Counted from the first letter of the stretch, positions 1 to 10,310 are shown. The stretch: 64,000 nucleotides of DNA from Verrucomicrobiota bacterium (GCA_043803015.1 JAZDKK010000026.1:20707-84706); one strand, 5' to 3'. Translations and numbers: made by a program. The notes: a model not told the origin generated them from the letters alone.

Positions 1-1
1 G

Positions 2-244
2 AGCCGCACGATCTTTGCGCCGTTCAAGCGGCTGCACACGCGGGAGGAGTACGACGGCACCGGCATCGGGCTGGCGATCTGCCGCCGGATCGTCGCGCGC
101 CACGGCGGCGCGATCGGCGTCGACTCGACGCCCGGAAAGGGCAGCACGTTCTGGCTGACGCTGCCCTGGCTGACGGACCCGCTTCTCGAACAGGCAGGCA
201 AGAAGGAAAAAGCGTCTGACACGAATAAGGGAGAGACCCCATGA
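2..244 (+). CDS. Sensor histidine kinase, C-terminal HATPase_c fragment (5' end lies outside the window)
   Basis: Frame from nt 2 reads [51 protein letters not shown] (F and G2 boxes of phytochrome/Cph1-type kinases). Its TGA at 242-244 overlaps the next ATG (ATGA). Not in the ORF track. Confidence 0.9.
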   Translation, partial: SRTIFAPFKRLHTREEYDGTGIGLAICRRIVARHGGAIGVDSTPGKGSTFWLTLPWLTDPLLEQAGKKEKASDTNKGETP

Positions 245-690
245 GCCGAATCACGGTCGAGCCGATCCGCGTGCTGCTGGTGGAGGATGACGAGGCCGAC
301 ATCATCCTGACCCAACGCGCCCTCGAGAAGGCGAACATCTGGAACACGGTGGACGTCGTGCGGAACGGGCAGGAAGCCCTGGACTACCTGCGCAACGAGC
401 ACGCCTACACCGACCGGACGAAGTTCCCCCGCCCCGGCCTGGTGCTCCTGGACCTGAACCTTCCGGGCCTCGACGGACGCGAGGTGCTGGACATCATGTG
501 CAAGGACCCGAAGCTGAAGACCGTCCCCGTCGTCATCGTGAGCACGTCGGACTACGAGAAGGACGTGGAGTACGGCCGCGCCCGGGGCGTGCAGCACTAC
601 ATCATCAAGCCGCTGCAGATCGACAACATGATGGCCACGTTCACCACCCTCCCGAGCTTCCGCATCATTCTCGGTAATATCGCCTCGTAG
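241..690 (+). CDS. Single-domain response regulator, Rcp1-like
   Basis: VLLVEDD...VLLDLNLP (phosphoacceptor Asp)...VSTS...YIIKP; translationally coupled to the kinase. Confidence 0.9.
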   Translation: MSRITVEPIRVLLVEDDEADIILTQRALEKANIWNTVDVVRNGQEALDYLRNEHAYTDRTKFPRPGLVLLDLNLPGLDGREVLDIMCKDPKLKTVPVVIVSTSDYEKDVEYGRARGVQHYIIKPLQIDNMMATFTTLPSFRIILGNIAS

Positions 691-808
691 CCGCGCCGCG
701 GCGTGGCAGGGACAGCGCCGGCCGGGCAGGGCCTGCTCCTCTTTTCTCTTGATTCGCCGGCCGGTTTGGCCGTTTGCTAGGCGCCCGATCCCAACAAAGG
801 AACGCACC

Positions 809-2476
809 ATGAGAAGCGACCAGGTCAAAAAGGGCTACGAACGCGCGCCGCACCGGAGCCTCCTGCGGGCCACCGGGCTCAACTCCGAGGCCATCGCGAA
901 GCCGTTCATCGCCATCTGCAATTCCTACACGGATGTCATCCCCGGCCACGTCCACCTCCGGAAAGTGGCGGACCTCGTCAAGAAGGCCATCGTCAAGGCC
1001 GGCGGCACGCCGTTCGAGTTCGACACCATCGGCATCTGCGACGGCATCGCCATGGGCCACACGGGCATGAAGTACTCCCTGCCCAGCCGCGAGCTGATCG
1101 CCGACTGCGTGGAGACCATGGTCAACGCCCACCAGTTCGACGGCATGGTGTGCATCCCGAACTGCGACAAGATCGTGCCGGGCATGATCATGGGCGCCCT
1201 GCGCACCAACATCCCGACGATCTTCGTCAGCGGCGGCCCGATGAAGGCCGGCAAGATGCCGGACGGGCGCACGGTGGACCTGATCAGCGTGTTCGAAGGC
1301 GTCGGCGCCTACAAGGCCGGCAAGATGGACGAGAAAGCCCTGCTCGAGCTCGAGTGCTATGCCTGCCCCGGCGCCGGCTCCTGCTCCGGCATGTTCACCG
1401 CCAACTCGATGAACTGCCTCACCGAGGCCATCGGCCTTGCCCTGCCGGGCAACGGCACCGTCCTCGCCGAGGACCCCGAGCGCCGGAAGCTGTGGCGGAA
1501 GGCCGGCCAGCGCATCGTGGAGATGGTCCGGGAGGACCTGAAGCCCCGCGACATCGTCACCCGCGAGGCGCTCGACAACGGGTTCATCCTCGACATGGCC
1601 ATGGGCGGGAGCACGAATACCATCCTTCACGCCCTGGCCATCGCGCACGAGGCGGGGATCGAGTACGACCTCGAGCGCATCAACGGGATTTCGAGGAAAT
1701 GCCCGAACATCTGCAAGGTCTCCCCCAGCTCGCCGTACCACGTCGAGGACGTGGATCGCGCGGGCGGCATCAGCGCGATCCTGAAAGAGATCAGCAAGAT
1801 GTCCGGCCTGCTGAACACCTCGTGCAGGACGGTGACCGGCAAGACGCTGGGGAAGAACATCGCGCGCGCCCAGACCAGGGATGCCAACTGCATCCGGACC
1901 GTCGAGAATGCGTACAGTCCCGAGGGCGGGCTGTTCGTCCTGCGCGGCAACCTCGCGCCCGACGGCGCAGTCATCAAGACCGCCGGTGTGGACCCGAAGA
2001 TGCTGAAGCACGAAGGCCCCGCGGTGATCTTCGAGTCGCAGGAGGACGCGTGCGAAGGCATCCTCGCCGGCAAGGTCCAGCCCGGCCACGTGGTCGTCAT
2101 CCGCTACGAAGGCCCGAAGGGCGGGCCCGGCATGCAGGAGATGCTGGCGCCGACGAGCTACATCATGGGCCAGGGGCTCGGCGACAAGGTCGCGCTGATC
2201 ACCGACGGCCGGTTCAGCGGCGGCACCCGCGGCGCGTGCATCGGCCACGTCTCGCCGGAGGCGGCGGAAGGCGGAACCATCGGCCTGCTCCGGAACGGCG
2301 ACGTCATCTCCATCGACATCCCCGGCCGGAAGCTCGAGGTCAAGCTGCCGGCCGATGAGCTGGCGCGTCGCAAGCAGGCCTGGCGGCCGCCGGAGCCGCG
2401 GTTTAAGACCGGCTGGCTGGCCCGCTACACGCAATTCGCCACCAGCGCCAGCACCGGCGGCGTGATGAAGATGTGA
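809..2476 (+). CDS. ilvD: Dihydroxy-acid dehydratase
   Basis: [49 protein letters not shown] motifs. Start placed at ATG 809 after AAAGGAA. Confidence 0.97.
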   Translation: MRSDQVKKGYERAPHRSLLRATGLNSEAIAKPFIAICNSYTDVIPGHVHLRKVADLVKKAIVKAGGTPFEFDTIGICDGIAMGHTGMKYSLPSRELIADCVETMVNAHQFDGMVCIPNCDKIVPGMIMGALRTNIPTIFVSGGPMKAGKMPDGRTVDLISVFEGVGAYKAGKMDEKALLELECYACPGAGSCSGMFTANSMNCLTEAIGLALPGNGTVLAEDPERRKLWRKAGQRIVEMVREDLKPRDIVTREALDNGFILDMAMGGSTNTILHALAIAHEAGIEYDLERINGISRKCPNICKVSPSSPYHVEDVDRAGGISAILKEISKMSGLLNTSCRTVTGKTLGKNIARAQTRDANCIRTVENAYSPEGGLFVLRGNLAPDGAVIKTAGVDPKMLKHEGPAVIFESQEDACEGILAGKVQPGHVVVIRYEGPKGGPGMQEMLAPTSYIMGQGLGDKVALITDGRFSGGTRGACIGHVSPEAAEGGTIGLLRNGDVISIDIPGRKLEVKLPADELARRKQAWRPPEPRFKTGWLARYTQFATSASTGGVMKM

Positions 2477-2486
2477 TCGCGCCGGA

Positions 2487-2588
2487 TTTTTCCAGACCTT
2501 GGAAAAAAAGCGCTCCGGTTCTCCAAGGGTTGGACTTGTCCGCCGTGGCGGAAAATCCGCGCCCTGTTTTTCCAAGGATTGGAAAAAA
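2487..2588. repeat. Cluster of three TTCCAA-N3-TTGGAA-type palindromes
   Basis: TTCCAG-ACC-TTGGAA at 2490, CTCCAA-GGG-TTGGAC at 2521, TTCCAA-GGA-TTGGAA at 2570, with T- and A-tract flanks. Same family at 28020-28102 and 45522-45600. Confidence 0.85.
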
Positions 2589-2598
2589 CCCCGGGACG

Positions 2599-2964
2599 CT
2601 ATCCGCGGTTCGCGCGCCCCGAGCGCAGGCGAGTGTAGAGCCACGACACGAGGAACAGAAGGCCTCCCGACGAGAAGAGGAGGGAGAACCGCTCGCTGGG
2701 AAAATGTCCCCTCTGTGCGTAGTTCACGACGTAGAACAGCACAAGGCTCAGGGCCGTGATCAACCCACCGAGGCCTTCGCTGAACCAGCCGACGATCATC
2801 CCGATGCAGACCCCGACCGGGAAGAACAGGCTCAGCAACATCTCCCGGGCGGTCATGTGCGCGGGGTTGAAGCCCTCGCCGATCATGAACACCAGAATAA
2901 TGCCGACACCCAGGACGCTCAGCACCCTCGCGATCCAGCCGATGACATTCGTCTTCACGCGCAC
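2599..2964 (-). CDS. Small hypothetical membrane protein (about 4 TM segments)
   Basis: Four hydrophobic stretches; directly downstream of the amidohydrolase on the same strand. The 3' end is less certain. Confidence 0.65.
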   Translation of the reverse strand: MRVKTNVIGWIARVLSVLGVGIILVFMIGEGFNPAHMTAREMLLSLFFPVGVCIGMIVGWFSEGLGGLITALSLVLFYVVNYAQRGHFPSERFSLLFSSGGLLFLVSWLYTRLRSGRANRG

Positions 2965-2979
2965 CCCTCTTTCTTGCGG

Positions 2980-3780
2980 TCAGATCCCCAGCAGCCTCGC
3001 GGCGTTGTCGTGGAACACGGCGGAGAGCTCGGCGTCGGCCAGGCCGGTGTTCCGGACCAGCGCGATCTCCTTGTCCTGCTCGGCCCACGGCGAGTCGGTG
3101 CCGAAGAGGATCTTCTCGATCCCGTGCTTCCGCGCCATCCGGACGAAGCGGTTGGCCGGAAGGAAGGAGAGCGTGAAGGACGTGTCGAAGTAGAGGTCCT
3201 TGCCCACCAGGTACTTCTCGACGTCGTCCCACATCTCGAACCCGCCGAAGTGCGCGGCGACGACGGCGAGCTCGGGCACCCTTTCCAGCACGTGCACGAG
3301 CCGGTCGGGGTTGCCGTGGTACGGGGGCCCCAGCCCGATGTCCACGCCGGCGTGGAAAAACGCGATGAGGCCGGCCGCGGCCATCTGGCGGTACAGCGGG
3401 AACATGCGCTCCTCGTCGACGTAAAACGCCTGGTAGTCCGGATGGAACTTCACGCCCTTGAGGCCGGCCCTCTTCATCCGGCCGATCTCGGCCGCGTTGC
3501 CGTCGTAGTCCGGGAAGAGCGTGCCGAAGTTGATCAGCCCGGGTCGTTCGTTCAGCCGGATGGCGAAGGCGTTGATGCTCGCCACCTGCGAAGCCTTGGT
3601 CGAAACCGGCTGGGTCACGCTGAGGTCGATGCCGCAGCGGCGCATGGAAGCTTCAAGTCCGGCGGCGGTGCCGTCGAGGAACGCCGTCTCGCCCGACCGT
3701 CCCGCCAGTTGCTGAACCGCTCTAGCGGCGATCTCGTCGGGGAAAATGTGCGTATGGATGTCGATGATCCGGCGCTTCAT
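2980..3780 (-). CDS. Amidohydrolase family protein (Amidohydro_2)
   Basis: IIDIHTH, GLKGVKFHP, FHAG, VAAHFGG, KILFGTDSPW motifs. Confidence 0.9.
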   Translation of the reverse strand: MKRRIIDIHTHIFPDEIAARAVQQLAGRSGETAFLDGTAAGLEASMRRCGIDLSVTQPVSTKASQVASINAFAIRLNERPGLINFGTLFPDYDGNAAEIGRMKRAGLKGVKFHPDYQAFYVDEERMFPLYRQMAAAGLIAFFHAGVDIGLGPPYHGNPDRLVHVLERVPELAVVAAHFGGFEMWDDVEKYLVGKDLYFDTSFTLSFLPANRFVRMARKHGIEKILFGTDSPWAEQDKEIALVRNTGLADAELSAVFHDNAARLLGI

Positions 3781-3881
3781 GGCTGTAAGGGAATTCCCAC
3801 AGCGACCGGGCCCTTTATACTTGTGACGCGGCCGACTTACAAGATAGCGTTCTTCGGGGTACGATAAAACTCAGAGAGCCG

Positions 3882-4079
3882 ATGATGGATGCGCATGCCA
3901 AAGAGACCGCGGAGTCGGGCGAACTGATGTACGTGAAGTGCGCCTACTGCGGCAAGTGGATGGACGTGAAGCCCGGTCACCTGCACTGGGTCAGCCACGG
4001 CCTTTGCGAGGACTGCCTCAAGAAGGAACTCGAGAAGGCGCGCGCCATGATTCCTCCGGAACAGACCCCCGCTTCGTAG
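3882..4079 (+). CDS. Small putative zinc-binding protein (CxxC...SHGxCxxC)
   Basis: CAYC...SHGLCEDC; coding-like codon usage; divergent from the amidohydrolase. Confidence 0.7.
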   Translation: MMDAHAKETAESGELMYVKCAYCGKWMDVKPGHLHWVSHGLCEDCLKKELEKARAMIPPEQTPAS

Positions 4080-4084
4080 ACCCC

Positions 4085-4184
4085 CGCTCGCCTCGGCGTA
4101 GCCTCCGGCGAAGCCCGGGCGGCCGGTTCGCCTGCCCGCCCTCGCTCGCCAAGCGAGGGAGCAGGCGGGGAGAACCGGCCCTAC
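4085..4184. repeat. Composite REP-like element with nested mini-hairpins
   Basis: 36-bp unit CGCTCGCCTCGGCGTAGCCTCCGGCGAAGCCCGGGC at 4085-4120, then GGCCGGTTC...GAGAACCGGCC-CTAC with CCTGCCCGCC...GCAGGCGGG (4131-4169) in its loop. Confidence 0.75.
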
Positions 4185-4193
4185 CCTTAAGGC

Positions 4194-5123
4194 CTACGGC
4201 GCCGCGTACATCGCCACGTAGTCCGGCAGCCACGCCAGGTAGTTCAGGTACTGGCTCGGAAGGTTCGTGACAAAGGACTCCGTGGCCGTCACCTGGCGCA
4301 TGTTCGGGCCGAGCTCGACGACCCACCCGTCCTTGATCTTCAGCTGCGGAATCTCCTGTCCGTCCGCGTAGACCAGCTCGAAAACCATCGTCCGCGAGGC
4401 CTCGCCGAACTGGTAGAAACTGGATTTGAGTCCCGGCTCCGAGACCTTCAGGAACCGGTCGAACCGGCTGGCGCCCAGCGTCACCTGCAGGGCATCGTAC
4501 AGGTCCTGCTGGAGCGCCTTGCCGTCCTCGGCAAACGTGGGGATGTTCAGGATGGCCTTGTCCGGCCGCGGGTTGGTGACCGTGATGATGGCGGCCTCGA
4601 TGTCGGAGAGATACTTCCGCGCGTAGACCAGGACGTCGTTGATGTTCTGTTCCTCCTCGGGCGTGATCTTCAGGAGCTCGACGACGTCCGGGTGCAGGGC
4701 GAAATCCTCGGTGAGAGGGGTCAGCTGCACCTTCGACATGAAGTTCTCGGGCAGCGGGTACTTGCCGCGGAAGTTGGTCAGCATCCAGTTGAGCACGGCG
4801 ATCAGCCGCGCCTGGAGCGTCTGGTTCTCCTGCCGGAGCGCGCGGTTTTCCTCGGTCAGCATCGCCACCTTGCGCGACAACTCGTCGGCCGGGCCGGGCG
4901 CCGCCGCCGGGGCCCGGACAGGATTGGCGACGGAGGACCTGACCGCCGGAAGCGTCAGGGGCTTGCCCGCGGTGAAGGTGACGCCGGGCCGGACCGCGGG
5001 AAGAACGCGCTTCGGCAGGACCCCGCGATGCTGAAAGAGGCCGAAGGATTCCGCCATCAGCGCTCCGAAGAGAGCGAGCGTCACGACCACCGCAAAAGCC
5101 ACGTAGAAAGCTGACGATCTCAC
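4194..5123 (-). CDS. Hypothetical N-terminally membrane-anchored protein with a coiled coil
   Basis: GTG start, hydrophobic N-terminus, heptad segment DELSRKVAMLTEENRALRQENQTLQARL. No family recognised. Confidence 0.7.
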   Translation of the reverse strand: MRSSAFYVAFAVVVTLALFGALMAESFGLFQHRGVLPKRVLPAVRPGVTFTAGKPLTLPAVRSSVANPVRAPAAAPGPADELSRKVAMLTEENRALRQENQTLQARLIAVLNWMLTNFRGKYPLPENFMSKVQLTPLTEDFALHPDVVELLKITPEEEQNINDVLVYARKYLSDIEAAIITVTNPRPDKAILNIPTFAEDGKALQQDLYDALQVTLGASRFDRFLKVSEPGLKSSFYQFGEASRTMVFELVYADGQEIPQLKIKDGWVVELGPNMRQVTATESFVTNLPSQYLNYLAWLPDYVAMYAAP

Positions 5124-5182
5124 GTCGATTCAAACCCCGCGACGGTGCACCGCGACATTATCAGGCGGGTGCAAACCGCAAG

Positions 5183-7894
5183 TCAAGGCGTTAGGCGGCT
5201 CGCCAGCACCGCCGCGCCGCCGGCGGGAAGGGCGACGACCAGGTTTGTCCCGCGGCCCCCGAGCGCCGGGGCCGCCGACACGATGACGTCCCATTTCCCC
5301 TCGCCCGGAAGGGCCACGCTCACCGGCTGCTCCTCCCTCCCGAAGTTGACCGCGACGACCACCCAGGCCCTGGCCACGACCCGCTCGTACACCGCGATGC
5401 CGGGCTGGGGTTGGGGCTGGAACCGGACCCCGCCGGACTGCAGCGCGGGGTGGCCGGTCCTGAGGCGCGCCAGCGCCCTGAAGTTCTCGTGCAGCGCGCG
5501 GCCGGCCGGCTGGTCGAGGTCGGGCCAGTGCAGGGGATTTCTCCCGAGCACCTTGGGCGTGGCTTCGCCAAATTCCTCGCCGGCGTAGACCATCGCCACG
5601 CCGGGCGCCGTCAGGGCGACGGCGATGGCCGCGAGGTCCCTGCGGAGGGCCTCCTCCTCCCGGAAGCCCGCCCCCCGGAGCTCGCGGAGGAAACGCTCCT
5701 CGTCGTGGCTCTCGACGTAGGCCACGCGTTCCAGCGCGTTGCTGAAGCCCAGCGTCAGCGGGCTCATGATCCGCTCGAACTCGGCCCGGTCCAGCTTCGC
5801 GTTCCGGATCATGTCGCGCAGGCGCCAGCGGAAGTAGTCGTGCCAGCCGGAATCCATCTCGGTCCCCGCCTGCAGCTCCGGGTCCGCAGGCAGGTGCTCC
5901 GCGATCTGGTAGCTGTTGCTGTCCGCCTGCTTCGCGGCGTAGGCGAACCAGCTCGCGCCCCAGTCGTTGTAGCCTTTCCACCCGACCCAGCGCGTGGCGT
6001 CGTAGCGGAACCCGTCGACATGGTAGTCCTCGATCCAGAAGCGGAGCAGGTCGGCCGCGTAGCCCTTGAACGCGTCGGACGATTGTTCGAGGTCCGGGAA
6101 CCCCCAGTTCTCGCCGAGGAACAGGTGGAAGTAGGGACTGGCGTCGTAGTCCGGCCCGTAGAGCTGGAACAGCGGCGAGTTCCAGTCCATGTGGTTCAGC
6201 ACGAGGTCCACGATCACGGCCAGCCCGCGGCGGTGCGCCTCGTCCACGAGGCGCTTGAGCTCGTCCGGCGTTCCGTACGCGGATTCCGGCGCGTAGTGGA
6301 ACGCCGGGTTGTACCCCCAGCTCCAGCCGCCGGGGAACTCCGTGACGGGAAGCGGTTCGACCGCGGTGACCCCGAGGTCCCGGATGTAGTCGAGCCGCGC
6401 GATCACGCCGGTGAAGCCCTGGCCGGGAGCCAGGTCATCGATCGCGAACTCGTAGATCACGAGGTCCCGGAGCGGCGGCCGCCTGAACCCGGCATCGGTC
6501 CACGCGAACGGCGCGGCCCCCACCCTGAGGATGGCGAGCGCCTTCTCTGGGACGTGCGTCTCCTTCCCTTCTTCGTCTTTCCACTCCACGTCGCGCGCGC
6601 ACGGATCGGCGAGGAACTGGGTGCCGTCAAGGCAGTACTGATAGGTGTACGTCCCGGGTTCGAGGCGTCGCCGCAGCCACCACCCGCCCCCGGGCGACAG
6701 GCTCATCAGGTCGGCGAGCGGGTCCCACCCGTTGAAGTCGCCGACGACGGAGACGAAGTGCTTGGCGGGCGCGTAGAGAACGAAGGTGACGTCGCCCTGT
6801 TCGTCGGCCGCGGCGCCGGGACGGGCGCCGGGCGGCAGGGCCTCCTCCCGGTACGGAGGAACGCGCCAGAACTCCGCCTGCTTCATGGCCACGAGCCCAT
6901 CCGCGACGGCACGGGCGACCACGGCATGCCGCCCGTACTCGAGATTCGTCACGCTGACGGGCCACTCAAACGGACGCCCGCACAGCGAGACGAGCGGCTG
7001 GCCGTCCAGCCACAGGCTGACGGCCTCCGACCTGAAAACCTGTACGGTCACGGTCAGGCTGTCGCGGACGGCTTGCCCGTCGAACGGCGCGACAAAGCGC
7101 ACGACGGCGCCGGTCGCGCTGGATTCGTCGCCGATGCCCATGTTGTAGTTCCGGCCGAGGTCGGTGTCCCAGACCTTCCCCCAGTGCGCAGCCGCATGGA
7201 GCGTCTGGACCACCTGCTCGGCCCGGTGGAAGGGCCCGAGCACGATCGTCGAGTTGCCCAGCCGGTCGGGCGGCGGCAAGGACGAATCCACGGCCAGCCC
7301 GTCCTCCGACGGCACCGTGCCCGCCGGCCAGTAGTTCGATGACGGCCGGCTCCACAAGCCGTGCTCGGCGTTCACGCCCCAGCGCAACTGCCCGCCGGCG
7401 GCGCTTCGGTGAACCGTGACGGTCACGGCGTCGTTGAGCGTAGGCGCCGCGGGACTGAAACCGATCCGCGCCTGGGTGATCGGGACGTGGTAGTCGTTGC
7501 CGTTGGCCGTGTCCCACCGGCCGTCGGCCCACTGGATCGCGAAATCCACCGAGCGGACCGGCTGGCTCGTGCTGTTGAACGGACCCATCGTGACGCGGCA
7601 CACGCCCTGGCTGTCCGGCGCGGACAGCGGCGTGCGGGTGGCGACGCCGTCCTCCTTCGAGCCCGCCGGCCGATAGGACGGGGCCGCCGGCTCCCAGGAG
7701 TTGCCCCGCGCGTTGACGCCCCAGTGCAGCACCCCACCCTGCGCGCACCCTGCGATCTCGATCCGGATCACGTCCTCGAGCGTGGGCGACGCAGGTTGAT
7801 GACAAACCTCTATCGCCGCCGCGCGGGAGACCGCGAGGGCGAGCAGGAGCGACAGCCATGGAGCGTGCCTGCGCATGATGGATCGGGGTTCCAT
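5183..7894 (-). CDS. Secreted GH13 alpha-amylase-family glycoside hydrolase with duplicated N-terminal modules, an Ig-like domain and CBM48
   Basis: Signal peptide; catalytic regions DLVLNH, GFRYDAT, IAEHL, ESHDE; CBM48 segment TFVLYAPAKHFVSVVGDFNGW. Start at 7894 or 7876. Confidence 0.88.
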   Translation of the reverse strand: MEPRSIMRRHAPWLSLLLALAVSRAAAIEVCHQPASPTLEDVIRIEIAGCAQGGVLHWGVNARGNSWEPAAPSYRPAGSKEDGVATRTPLSAPDSQGVCRVTMGPFNSTSQPVRSVDFAIQWADGRWDTANGNDYHVPITQARIGFSPAAPTLNDAVTVTVHRSAAGGQLRWGVNAEHGLWSRPSSNYWPAGTVPSEDGLAVDSSLPPPDRLGNSTIVLGPFHRAEQVVQTLHAAAHWGKVWDTDLGRNYNMGIGDESSATGAVVRFVAPFDGQAVRDSLTVTVQVFRSEAVSLWLDGQPLVSLCGRPFEWPVSVTNLEYGRHAVVARAVADGLVAMKQAEFWRVPPYREEALPPGARPGAAADEQGDVTFVLYAPAKHFVSVVGDFNGWDPLADLMSLSPGGGWWLRRRLEPGTYTYQYCLDGTQFLADPCARDVEWKDEEGKETHVPEKALAILRVGAAPFAWTDAGFRRPPLRDLVIYEFAIDDLAPGQGFTGVIARLDYIRDLGVTAVEPLPVTEFPGGWSWGYNPAFHYAPESAYGTPDELKRLVDEAHRRGLAVIVDLVLNHMDWNSPLFQLYGPDYDASPYFHLFLGENWGFPDLEQSSDAFKGYAADLLRFWIEDYHVDGFRYDATRWVGWKGYNDWGASWFAYAAKQADSNSYQIAEHLPADPELQAGTEMDSGWHDYFRWRLRDMIRNAKLDRAEFERIMSPLTLGFSNALERVAYVESHDEERFLRELRGAGFREEEALRRDLAAIAVALTAPGVAMVYAGEEFGEATPKVLGRNPLHWPDLDQPAGRALHENFRALARLRTGHPALQSGGVRFQPQPQPGIAVYERVVARAWVVVAVNFGREEQPVSVALPGEGKWDVIVSAAPALGGRGTNLVVALPAGGAAVLASRLTP

Positions 7895-7913
7895 GGCCTC
7901 ACCGGTCAACGTT

Positions 7914-9023
7914 TCAGCGGGCGGCTATCCGCAGAACCACGGTCCGGTTGCGGGTACGGTTATCAGCGGTGTCATTCGGGTACGGCGACCACTTCGTCCC
8001 GTACGTGATCATCTTGAACGAGCTCTCCGGCATCCCCGTCTTCAACTGCAGGAAGCGCACGACGGCCAGCGCCCTGAAGAGGCCGAGGTCCTCGTTGTTC
8101 TTGTATTCTTTCTTCGTCCGGATCGGAACGTTGTCCGTGCATCCGATGACCGTGATGAAGAGATTCGTCCGGTGCGGCGCGAGCTGCTGGGCGAGCTTGA
8201 GCAGCACGTCCTCCCCCTCGCGGCTCAGCGTGTAGCCGCTGACGAACAGCCCTGACTCGAACATCACGACTTTCTCGCTCCCCTCCACCGTCACGCGCGC
8301 GCCGGGCGCCTCGAGCTTCACCGCCGGCGCGGCGGGGCGGATCACGGGCTTCACAACGGGCTTCTCGGGGGGCGGCCGGGCCGGGGCTATTTTCGGGGCC
8401 GCGGCCGGCTTCGGCGCGGCGACGGGACCCGGCGCGCGCGCCGGTGCCGCCACGGGTTTCGCCGCCGGAGGCTGCGCCTGGGCCACTGCCCGGGACGCTG
8501 CGGGCCCGCGCTTCACGCTGCCGCGATAGGCGGCCCGGATGACACCGATGGCAAGGACGCCCATCGCGATCACCCCGAACACGGCCGCGACGGTCAGCGC
8601 ATGCGAGCTGGGTCTCCGCAGCGCATGTTTCTTCGATCCGACATCGGTCAACGGGGACAAACCCGAATACAGGGCGCCTTCAAACCGCGGAGCCGGGCGC
8701 GCCGGAGGCTTCTCCGGCGGCGGCTCTTCCGGTGCCGGTTGTTCAGGCAACGGCTCCGACAGGGGCGTATCCGGCAAGGGCGCCCCGGGCAGCGGCAGGT
8801 CCGGCAGCGGCGGTTCGGGAGAATCCGGCCCGGGCACGGGCGGCGGGTCGCTCTCCAACGCGTCCTCGCCCGTCGCCGGCGGCTCCTCGCGCGAGGGGAC
8901 GGGCGGCACCGTTTCCTCCCCGTACTTCGCCTTGGCGAAGGCAAACAAATCGAGCCCGTGGTCCCCCTCGTCGGGCGGCCCGTTCCCGTCCTCGCGTCTC
9001 AGGTCATCGTAGAGCTTGCTCAT
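7914..9023 (-). CDS. OmpA/MotB-like peptidoglycan-binding membrane protein with Pro-rich linkers
   Basis: C-terminal VMFES...ITVIGCTDN...RALAV...YG...NDTADNRTRNRTV; one TM segment; start placed at MSKLYDDL. Confidence 0.8.
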   Translation of the reverse strand: MSKLYDDLRREDGNGPPDEGDHGLDLFAFAKAKYGEETVPPVPSREEPPATGEDALESDPPPVPGPDSPEPPLPDLPLPGAPLPDTPLSEPLPEQPAPEEPPPEKPPARPAPRFEGALYSGLSPLTDVGSKKHALRRPSSHALTVAAVFGVIAMGVLAIGVIRAAYRGSVKRGPAASRAVAQAQPPAAKPVAAPARAPGPVAAPKPAAAPKIAPARPPPEKPVVKPVIRPAAPAVKLEAPGARVTVEGSEKVVMFESGLFVSGYTLSREGEDVLLKLAQQLAPHRTNLFITVIGCTDNVPIRTKKEYKNNEDLGLFRALAVVRFLQLKTGMPESSFKMITYGTKWSPYPNDTADNRTRNRTVVLRIAAR

Positions 9024-9104
9024 GCGCCGCCTGCCGGTAGTGCCTGCCACCCCACTCTAGCCCAGGCGGGAGCGCGCGTCACGATTTTACGCACGGGGAC
9101 CCGC

Positions 9105-10310
9105 TCACTTCGCCTGCCGAAAGCGCTGCATCAGCGCCAGGATCTCCTGGCGGATCTCGAACAGGGTCCGCCCGTAGGCGGGCATCTGTTCCAACGCTGC
9201 GGCCTTCGCCGCACTCACCCGCTCTGCCGCGGCGATCGCCTGGTGGAGATGATTCAGCGCCCGCTTCAGGGCGGCCACCACGAAACCACCCTCGGGGGCC
9301 TCGTCGTACGCGAGATGATTCAGCGCCCCCGCCAGTTTCGCCGCCGTGGTCTGCGTCTCAAAGACCATCTCGTGCACATCCTTCTGCGCCGGGTCTTCCA
9401 TCAGCCCGCGGGCCTCCGCGTCCCGCCACAGGTCGAGCCCCAGCTCGTGCGCGCGCAGGGTCAGCGGATGCTCGACGTAGCCGTGCTCGTCCCGCACCCA
9501 GTCGACCCCCTCCTTCAACGGGTTGGGGACCATCTCCGGCGGCTCCTCCCCCGCCTCCGCGAGGTCGGCCGGTTCGGGCGCGGCCGCTTCTTCCTCCGCC
9601 AGCGCCTCCTCCAGCCACGACCAGCCCATCTCCCTCGCGATGATCCGCTCGCGGTCCGGGTCGTCGGCGTACTTCTCGAACAACTTGGAGAACTTGTCGG
9701 TCGTCGCATCGGACTCCCGCATGAACTTCTCCCACTGGAACTCATCCATGGGCTCGTAGTCCTCGAAGTCGAATTCGTCCGGGTCGTCATCCGCCGCGTC
9801 CACCTGCCCCGTCACGCCCGCGAGCCATTCCACCAGGGCCTTCCGGTTGGCCTCGCGCTGGGCTTGTTCCTCCGCCGCCGAGAGCGTCCACGCGCGCTCC
9901 AGGATCTGCACGGCGTACTTCGTGGTCTCGATCACGACCCGCCCGTTGGCGCCGCTGAACCATTCCACGTACAGGGCGTTCGCCAGGGGGTAGGTGTCCG
10001 CTCCCGCGCCGCCGCGGCCGGCCGCCAGTTTCTCCAGGTCGGCCTCCGGAATATCCCGCACCTTGCGCGCCGCGGTGATGTCGCCCACCTGCCCGTCCTG
10101 GACTGGCGCCAGATCCACCGCGTCGCCCGCCTCGGGTTTGGGGTTGGTGAAGGTGAAGTGCGTGCCGGCCAGGTCGCGCCGGCAGTTGCCGGCCAAGCGG
10201 AGTTCGACCGGGTGTTCACGGCCGAACAGCCACACAAGGCCGGTGACCCGCCCCCGCTCCCGGTTGTCGATGTCCCCCCGGACCACGCTGCTGTTGAGCC
10301 GCCAAGCCAT
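9105..10310 (-). CDS. Conserved-looking hypothetical protein (MAWR...RGDIDNRERGRVTG), acidic middle, helical C-terminus
   Basis: Long ORF with strong GC3 coding bias. The N-terminus resembles uncharacterised PVC-lineage proteins (recognition from memory only). Confidence 0.75.
   Translation of the reverse strand: MAWRLNSSVVRGDIDNRERGRVTGLVWLFGREHPVELRLAGNCRRDLAGTHFTFTNPKPEAGDAVDLAPVQDGQVGDITAARKVRDIPEADLEKLAAGRGGAGADTYPLANALYVEWFSGANGRVVIETTKYAVQILERAWTLSAAEEQAQREANRKALVEWLAGVTGQVDAADDDPDEFDFEDYEPMDEFQWEKFMRESDATTDKFSKLFEKYADDPDRERIIAREMGWSWLEEALAEEEAAAPEPADLAEAGEEPPEMVPNPLKEGVDWVRDEHGYVEHPLTLRAHELGLDLWRDAEARGLMEDPAQKDVHEMVFETQTTAAKLAGALNHLAYDEAPEGGFVVAALKRALNHLHQAIAAAERVSAAKAAALEQMPAYGRTLFEIRQEILALMQRFRQAK

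Noticed and set aside
690-808. Attenuator or leader peptide upstream of ilvD
   Set aside because: No Ile/Val/Leu-rich short ORF and no U-tailed terminator found.
665-3232. 855-aa minus-strand ORF
   Set aside because: Antisense shadow of ilvD, typical of high-GC DNA; no recognisable motifs.
7914-9023. Flagellar stator (motB) or T6SS TssL assignment
   Set aside because: No motA or T6SS genes nearby, and no MotB W...D plug motif in the TM segment.
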